IMG/VR virus record: IMGVR_UViG_3300009709_000002
Coordinates: 64,001-128,000 of that record
Direction: 5' to 3' (one strand)
DNA from: a virus
Lineage: Duplodnaviria > Heunggongvirae > Uroviricota > Caudoviricetes
Length of the DNA stretch: 64,000 nt
Of this stretch, positions 59,101 to 64,000 are shown piece after piece; position 1 is the first letter of the stretch; the number at the start of each line of letters is the position of its first letter. The translations under genes and the position numbers were made by a program. The notes under the pieces were generated by a model that was not told the DNA's origin, made no database searches, and saw nothing but the letters and a program-made list of their open reading frames with translations.

Positions 59101-59521
59101 CCTTACTACATTGATAGTTGTGCCAAGCGTGGTTTAGCATGACCGCTATCGGGCCGCTCTCATTCACCTTGACTTGCATCTGTGCTGCTATTTGAGGTGC
59201 GCATCTTGTGAGCGATGAAAACGCTTCAAACATACAGCTTATTGGTTGATTATGTCTTTTGAGTGAATTTATGAATGTGAATATGTCATGAGTGCTGGTC
59301 GCTGTTAGCGCTAACTCATCTAGGTGATCAAGAAGTTGGAGGCTAGTTAGAACGTTTACCAACATCTCTTTGGCTGGAGCGTCGAACGGCTGGCGGCGTC
59401 TCATTTTGGATTCAGTGCGAAAAAGATAATCCACCAACGATTCATTCAATGTTCTGTCTTCCCGCAACTGTCGTTTAAAATCCAAGACTGTTGCTTCAAA
59501 CAAAAATTGTCTAAGCTTCAT
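59072..59521 (-). CDS. Hypothetical late protein
   Basis: MKLRQFLFE start; late motif 59550-59556. Confidence 0.55.
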   Translation of the reverse strand: MKLRQFLFEATVLDFKRQLREDRTLNESLVDYLFRTESKMRRRQPFDAPAKEMLVNVLTSLQLLDHLDELALTATSTHDIFTFINSLKRHNQPISCMFEAFSSLTRCAPQIAAQMQVKVNESGPIAVMLNHAWHNYQCSKVACEPSFSD

Positions 59522-59580
59522 TTGAACACCATGTAAGGTCATGAACTCATATTTATTGAGCAATGAAGCTTACCTAAAGG

Positions 59581-60510
59581 TTAAGAGGTGATGACTGTAT
59601 TTCCGTCGACTACGTCACCGTTACTAATCACTGCAGTTCCGCTTACACTAGCATTACCTTGAATGATAGCAGTTCCGCTTACAGTGGCGCTACCAAATAC
59701 CGAAGCTCCACCCTGAACGATAGCCGGTCCAGCTACAGTTGCATTTCCGTAGACTAAACAAGCACCTTGAATCGTAGCGTCACCAGTGATGATTGCAGAC
59801 TCAAGCACTGAAGCATCACCAAGAATAGAAGCATCGGTGACCTGTGCAGCACCAAATACCGAAGCTCCATTATCAACGACTGCAGCGCCTTGAACAATAC
59901 CACCACCGTAGACTTTAGCAGAACCTTGAACTGTCGCAGTTCCAGTCACTGTACCAGTGCCGTAGATCTTGCATGAGCCTTGGATAATCGCAGCGCCCGT
60001 GATCTTTGAATTTTCACCGACTGTTGCGTTAGCTAAAACTTGCGCTGTTCCTGATACTGAAGCATATCCACCAACAGAAGCACTACCGAAGATTTGCGCT
60101 GACCCATAAACCTGCGGGCTAGCTGGAATATTCGACGCGCCGATTACAATGTTGTTGTAGTACTGTGGGTAAGGTTGGTTTGGCGCTACACCAAGTTGAG
60201 CTGCACCGTAAACTTGGGCATTCTCATAAACTTGAGTAGAACCAGCAACTGTAGCAGAGCCGTAGATCTTAGCGTTGCCGTAAACCTGAGCATTACCGAT
60301 GACAATCGCTTGGTCGCAGACTTGTGCAGTGTCATAAATTTGAGCTGTTCCACCAACAGATGCGCCACCATAAACCGATGCGGTTGGTGCAACATACGCG
60401 GTGAGAGCAACGGAGGCAGAATTGGCAACCCAACCACCACCGTTTGCGTGCTGCGCGGCTGGTACTAGACCATTACCGTCTAAGAAATCGTGTGTAAGAT
60501 AAGTCGTCAT
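59581..60510 (-). CDS. Hexapeptide-repeat left-handed beta-helix protein
   Basis: HANGGGWVA then repeated A.VYG.A hexapeptides; AGGAG SD; late motif 60547-60553. Confidence 0.85.
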   Translation of the reverse strand: MTTYLTHDFLDGNGLVPAAQHANGGGWVANSASVALTAYVAPTASVYGGASVGGTAQIYDTAQVCDQAIVIGNAQVYGNAKIYGSATVAGSTQVYENAQVYGAAQLGVAPNQPYPQYYNNIVIGASNIPASPQVYGSAQIFGSASVGGYASVSGTAQVLANATVGENSKITGAAIIQGSCKIYGTGTVTGTATVQGSAKVYGGGIVQGAAVVDNGASVFGAAQVTDASILGDASVLESAIITGDATIQGACLVYGNATVAGPAIVQGGASVFGSATVSGTAIIQGNASVSGTAVISNGDVVDGNTVITS

Positions 60511-60562
60511 TACGTCTCCTGAAATGAAGCTAAATAGCAATGCAGCTATTTATGCTTCTATC

Positions 60563-61219
60563 TCAGGAACCGCAATTTGGTGCGAGCTTGTTGAGTATAA
60601 GCTCAGAATGCATCCAGTGCTGGTCAGTTTGCACGTGATTCTTACGCACCCACTTAACTACAAGCTTATCATAGTCATCGTAAGGAATCTCGCCAGCGTA
60701 TCGGAAGACAACGCCTTCTTCCCTGGCCGTATTGATCGAGTTAATGATCTCCTGAGCACGATCAATGTTGAAGATGAAAGGTTCACCGATCGTTTCGACA
60801 GGTGTTATGCCTAGCTCATTGAACCACAAGTCGACGGTCTCATCCCATGGACGAGCTACGTTATCATCGTCCCACACTGAAAAGCCGTAGAAGTAGCTCT
60901 TCAAGTTGTTATAGTAGATGGAGTGCATTGCATACAAGTTCTCGCCGCAGACTCGATAGCCAGGCGGAATGATATGCTTGATTTGACCGTGAAATTGCTT
61001 GACCCAGTTGCGAGATGGATGATGCTTTGAATCTAAGCTGCGAGCATGACATACTTCTGACGTGAACGTCGTGTTTTCACCGTCTTTCTTGATCGTAGCG
61101 ACAGCAAGTCGCCCGTTGAGATAATCAAGCGTTTTGATTACTTTGTCATCACTGCTTTTGCCAGGACTGGTGCTTAGGTGCATCGTCCTTGGAAACTTCT
61201 TGCTCATTTTGAACACCAC
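60563..61219 (-). CDS. ATP-dependent RNA ligase family protein
   Basis: KKDGEN (motif I), GENLY, FSVW, EGVVFR, KWVR. Confidence 0.85.
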   Translation of the reverse strand: MVFKMSKKFPRTMHLSTSPGKSSDDKVIKTLDYLNGRLAVATIKKDGENTTFTSEVCHARSLDSKHHPSRNWVKQFHGQIKHIIPPGYRVCGENLYAMHSIYYNNLKSYFYGFSVWDDDNVARPWDETVDLWFNELGITPVETIGEPFIFNIDRAQEIINSINTAREEGVVFRYAGEIPYDDYDKLVVKWVRKNHVQTDQHWMHSELILNKLAPNCGS

Positions 61220-61268
61220 TCATGATTTGCTTTGATTCATTATATCATGAAGGTGCAACAACGAACAT

Positions 61269-61583
61269 TTAATTCAAACCGACCTTTGTCACATCGATAA
61301 TGCTCTTTTCTCCTGCCAACGCCTTCACAGTTTCTGAAACGTAGAGGCATACATCATCGATTGGCTTCTTCGACAACTCAATGATGTTGCCATCTGGTAC
61401 TTGAGAAACAGAAGCATAGATTACTGCACCCAAGGCCTTTGCGGCTTCTTCTATGGCGACGTTAGCAGCTTGCTCAATCCCAGCGGCGCTGAGATCTTGC
61501 ATGAACTTCACAATCGAGTGCTGCATTGCGAATTGAAATTCGTCGAATAGTTGCGCCTTCTCAAACTCCGGTATTGTCGTCAT
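61269..61583 (-). CDS. Hypothetical protein
   Basis: Likely start MTTIPEF overlapping the upstream gene end. Confidence 0.55.
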   Translation of the reverse strand: MTTIPEFEKAQLFDEFQFAMQHSIVKFMQDLSAAGIEQAANVAIEEAAKALGAVIYASVSQVPDGNIIELSKKPIDDVCLYVSETVKALAGEKSIIDVTKVGLN

Positions 61584-62466
61584 GACCCACCCCAAATCTA
61601 AAGCACGGATCCCAGTTCGTGCTTTGCCCATAACCCACATATCCCCGAGGGTTACATAACACACGCGTGCTACCGATTGTGTAGTCGATAACATGGTGCG
61701 TGTGGCCATGGAGCCAGTAGTCGATCTCGCTATATGCGATTTCGTTTCCCAACTCACTGAAATACATGTAGTTATTCTGCCTTGATTTTTCAGTGCGGAA
61801 GCGTTCAGCGACGGAACCATAGCTTGGCGCCATGTGAGTCACGACGATCAGCTTTTGGTCAGGATGGTCTTTTACAGCATTTTCAAAGATGAAGGATTTT
61901 GCTTGAATGTGCTGCCCGATCAGGTGATTCGTGCGGAGCCTACGATAGTCAGGTCCCACCTTGATCTTCTTGAAATCTTTGAAACCATTACCAGATCGGT
62001 CGATACCAACGCTTAAAGCAGTCACAGGGTCACCCCTGTTAATGTCGGTCCAGAGAGTAGCACCGACAAACTTTACCTGGTCAAGAACAACTACGTCTTT
62101 TTCCAGGAAGAAAACATTAGGGAGATTTAGCTCTTTGAGATGTGCACGAACAAGAGCTGGAGTATTGTCGAGACGACCACCCCAGTAGTCGTGATTACCA
62201 AGCAGGATGATGATGTACTTAAAACGAGCGGCTTGACGTTCTAGCCACGTTCTACCGTCTTTATATTTGTACTTGAAGAGACGACGCTTCTCCCAAAGAT
62301 CACCAGCCAAGACGAGCGTCGAGTCATGATCTTCAGGAGTTTCTTCTGGTTCCCAGATGAATTCCATGGCAGCTGCAAGCGCATCAGGTTGATGTCGCAC
62401 ACGAGGATACGCATGCTGAAAATCAACATCAAGGTGAATGTCGCTGATAAGCCTGATGAACTCCAT
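61561..62466 (-). CDS. Calcineurin-like metallophosphoesterase
   Basis: SDIH, AGD, GNHD, TH, HGHTH, NPRGY. Confidence 0.9.
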   Translation of the reverse strand: MEFIRLISDIHLDVDFQHAYPRVRHQPDALAAAMEFIWEPEETPEDHDSTLVLAGDLWEKRRLFKYKYKDGRTWLERQAARFKYIIILLGNHDYWGGRLDNTPALVRAHLKELNLPNVFFLEKDVVVLDQVKFVGATLWTDINRGDPVTALSVGIDRSGNGFKDFKKIKVGPDYRRLRTNHLIGQHIQAKSFIFENAVKDHPDQKLIVVTHMAPSYGSVAERFRTEKSRQNNYMYFSELGNEIAYSEIDYWLHGHTHHVIDYTIGSTRVLCNPRGYVGYGQSTNWDPCFRFGVGHDDNTGV

Positions 62467-62478
62467 CTAAAACCTCAT

Positions 62479-62874
62479 TTAGTGAGGCGGCTTCTGCGGT
62501 TCTTCATACCGCGCCCAGGTGCCGCCAGGATTTTGCGCTGCAGCTCGAGACGCATGGAACTGCGCCTGTGCTGCTTGAAATTGTTGTTGCATCGCTTGCA
62601 GCTTTGCTAGCTCATTGGCCACCGCTTCACGAACTTCAGCTTCACGACGGTTAATGATCCCGTTCCACGCATCTTGCATTCGCTGATTAGCTTCTTCAGG
62701 AGCAATAGCGTTTCCGTTTTCGATGTCGACGAGCATGTTGGAGATCGTAGCGGCTAGGTGATGACGTCCGAGTGACTTGGCATCCAACGTGTTGTCAAAT
62801 CGCGGCGTAACTTCATAACCTTGCAAAACATCCAGAAGCATCGCTTCAAACTGTTCTTTACTTGATATAGACAT
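62479..62874 (-). CDS. Hypothetical protein
   Basis: 131 aa, TAATG coupling. Confidence 0.6.
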   Translation of the reverse strand: MSISSKEQFEAMLLDVLQGYEVTPRFDNTLDAKSLGRHHLAATISNMLVDIENGNAIAPEEANQRMQDAWNGIINRREAEVREAVANELAKLQAMQQQFQAAQAQFHASRAAAQNPGGTWARYEEPQKPPH

Positions 62875-64000
62875 TATAATACACTTTCCAACTTATTGTA
62901 ACCAAAAACATCCGATCTGGTCGGTCCGGTGCTATAAAAATGGTGCTTCAGGGCCACGTTTGAGGTCAAAATATCCAGAAAGTCCTCATGGCTGAGATTC
63001 TTGTGCAAGCGGCCAGTAACTCGAAGCTCTGCGCGGCCATCTTCGAGCTGATCGATACACGTGACGGCGAGCCGTGGTCGAACGCTGACGCCAGAACCGA
63101 ATGAATCGATGATGTCGTCCATGATACGACGTTGCAGCTCATCGACGTTCAGCGGTGCGAAGCGAAGTCCGTGCTGGAAATCATTGAAGATGTTTGTGTT
63201 GTCCACCACGTTCGCATAGTGGAGTGACTTAACTTCATCCTTGAGCGGCCCTGCGCCATGACGTGTCGTGTAGGCGCGAGTAGCGTAGGCTACGTCCAGC
63301 TTGTCTATCTCGAAATCTTTAGCGAGCTCGATGACGTTCTTCAGCCCGCAGTTCGAGCGAGTGACGAACGGAAAAGCGCCGCGTGTTTGATCGAGCCCGA
63401 GTCCTTGCGCGCCTTCAAAAACGATGTTGGGGTTACCCTTCATCAAATCTTGATCAACGACTCTGGCGAAGGCTAGCATCGTGTCGATGTTCGCCATGAA
63501 GGCATCCAGAATTTGATCATCATGAAGGTGAGGCGACATGTGATCAGCTTTCAGCTTCAGAATTTTCATGCGCTGTACAACATACTTGTCACGAATCTTC
63601 GTCACCATTTGACGGGTGTAATCACGATCTTCAAGATCGGAAGCGAGCAATGAAGCTCCATCCCAGGTCGACCGTTCGATGGTTTCACCGAAGCCAACAC
63701 CGCAGCTACCATGTCGTTTTGCGCCGCGGTGATTTTCCACGGCTTGATTCAGCATGATGTCGTACGGAGTGGTAATGATAGCATTACGGTCGATGTATAC
63801 CTTCGGCGAATGATCCAGCAATCCGCTAAGGCGCTGCAGCTCTTTGACGAACAGCATCGGATTGACCACGAAGAATCGGCTGAGGAACGTTGTAGCTCCA
63901 CGGAAGGTACCGGCGCCAAAATGCCCGAAGACATGGCGGCGACCATCCGGAGTAACTACGGTGTGACCGGCCTGCGCTCCTCCGTTGAAACGCACGACCG
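62874..64000 (-). CDS. Adenylosuccinate synthetase family (PurA-like), 5' end outside window
   Basis: RFNGGAQAGHTV, HGSCGVG, FEGAQGLGLD, TRS, TRHGAGP. Confidence 0.85.
   Translation of the reverse strand, partial: VVRFNGGAQAGHTVVTPDGRRHVFGHFGAGTFRGATTFLSRFFVVNPMLFVKELQRLSGLLDHSPKVYIDRNAIITTPYDIMLNQAVENHRGAKRHGSCGVGFGETIERSTWDGASLLASDLEDRDYTRQMVTKIRDKYVVQRMKILKLKADHMSPHLHDDQILDAFMANIDTMLAFARVVDQDLMKGNPNIVFEGAQGLGLDQTRGAFPFVTRSNCGLKNVIELAKDFEIDKLDVAYATRAYTTRHGAGPLKDEVKSLHYANVVDNTNIFNDFQHGLRFAPLNVDELQRRIMDDIIDSFGSGVSVRPRLAVTCIDQLEDGRAELRVTGRLHKNLSHEDFLDILTSNVALKHHFYSTGPTRSDVFGYNKLESVL

Overview
This window is part of a large (jumbo-type, T4-like late-promoter) bacteriophage genome, probably with a proteobacterial host (tmRNA tag ends YALAA). 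Bases 1-20.7 kb (+) are a late module of virion appendage genes: collagen-like fibres, three paralogues sharing a ~330-aa N-terminal domain (one carrying a GH5 endoglucanase), a Calx-beta protein, and two fibres with S74 chaperone domains. Bases 20.7-64 kb (almost all on the - strand) are an accessory region. It holds a tmRNA, 16 tRNA genes restricted to Leu (7, all six anticodons), Ser (4), Tyr (3), Ile2/Met(CAT) and Arg(TCT, with a 111-nt D-loop insert), and two tRNA-like RNAs with giant variable arms. It also encodes Ro60/TROVE, an RNA ligase, 2H, metallo, HAD and HD phosphoesterases, Fpg, a DinG-like helicase, DHFR, an AAA+ ATPase, bactofilin, an ACP fusion and a PurA-like enzyme. The most striking signal is at the head of the tRNA array. 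A late promoter drives an unannotated 31-codon leader peptide whose 15 consecutive control codons match the anticodons encoded downstream, embedded in mutually exclusive protector, antiterminator and terminator hairpins. This looks like a ribosome-mediated transcription attenuator that would switch on phage tRNA genes when Leu/Ser/Tyr decoding fails. All structures were derived by eye; no searches were run.
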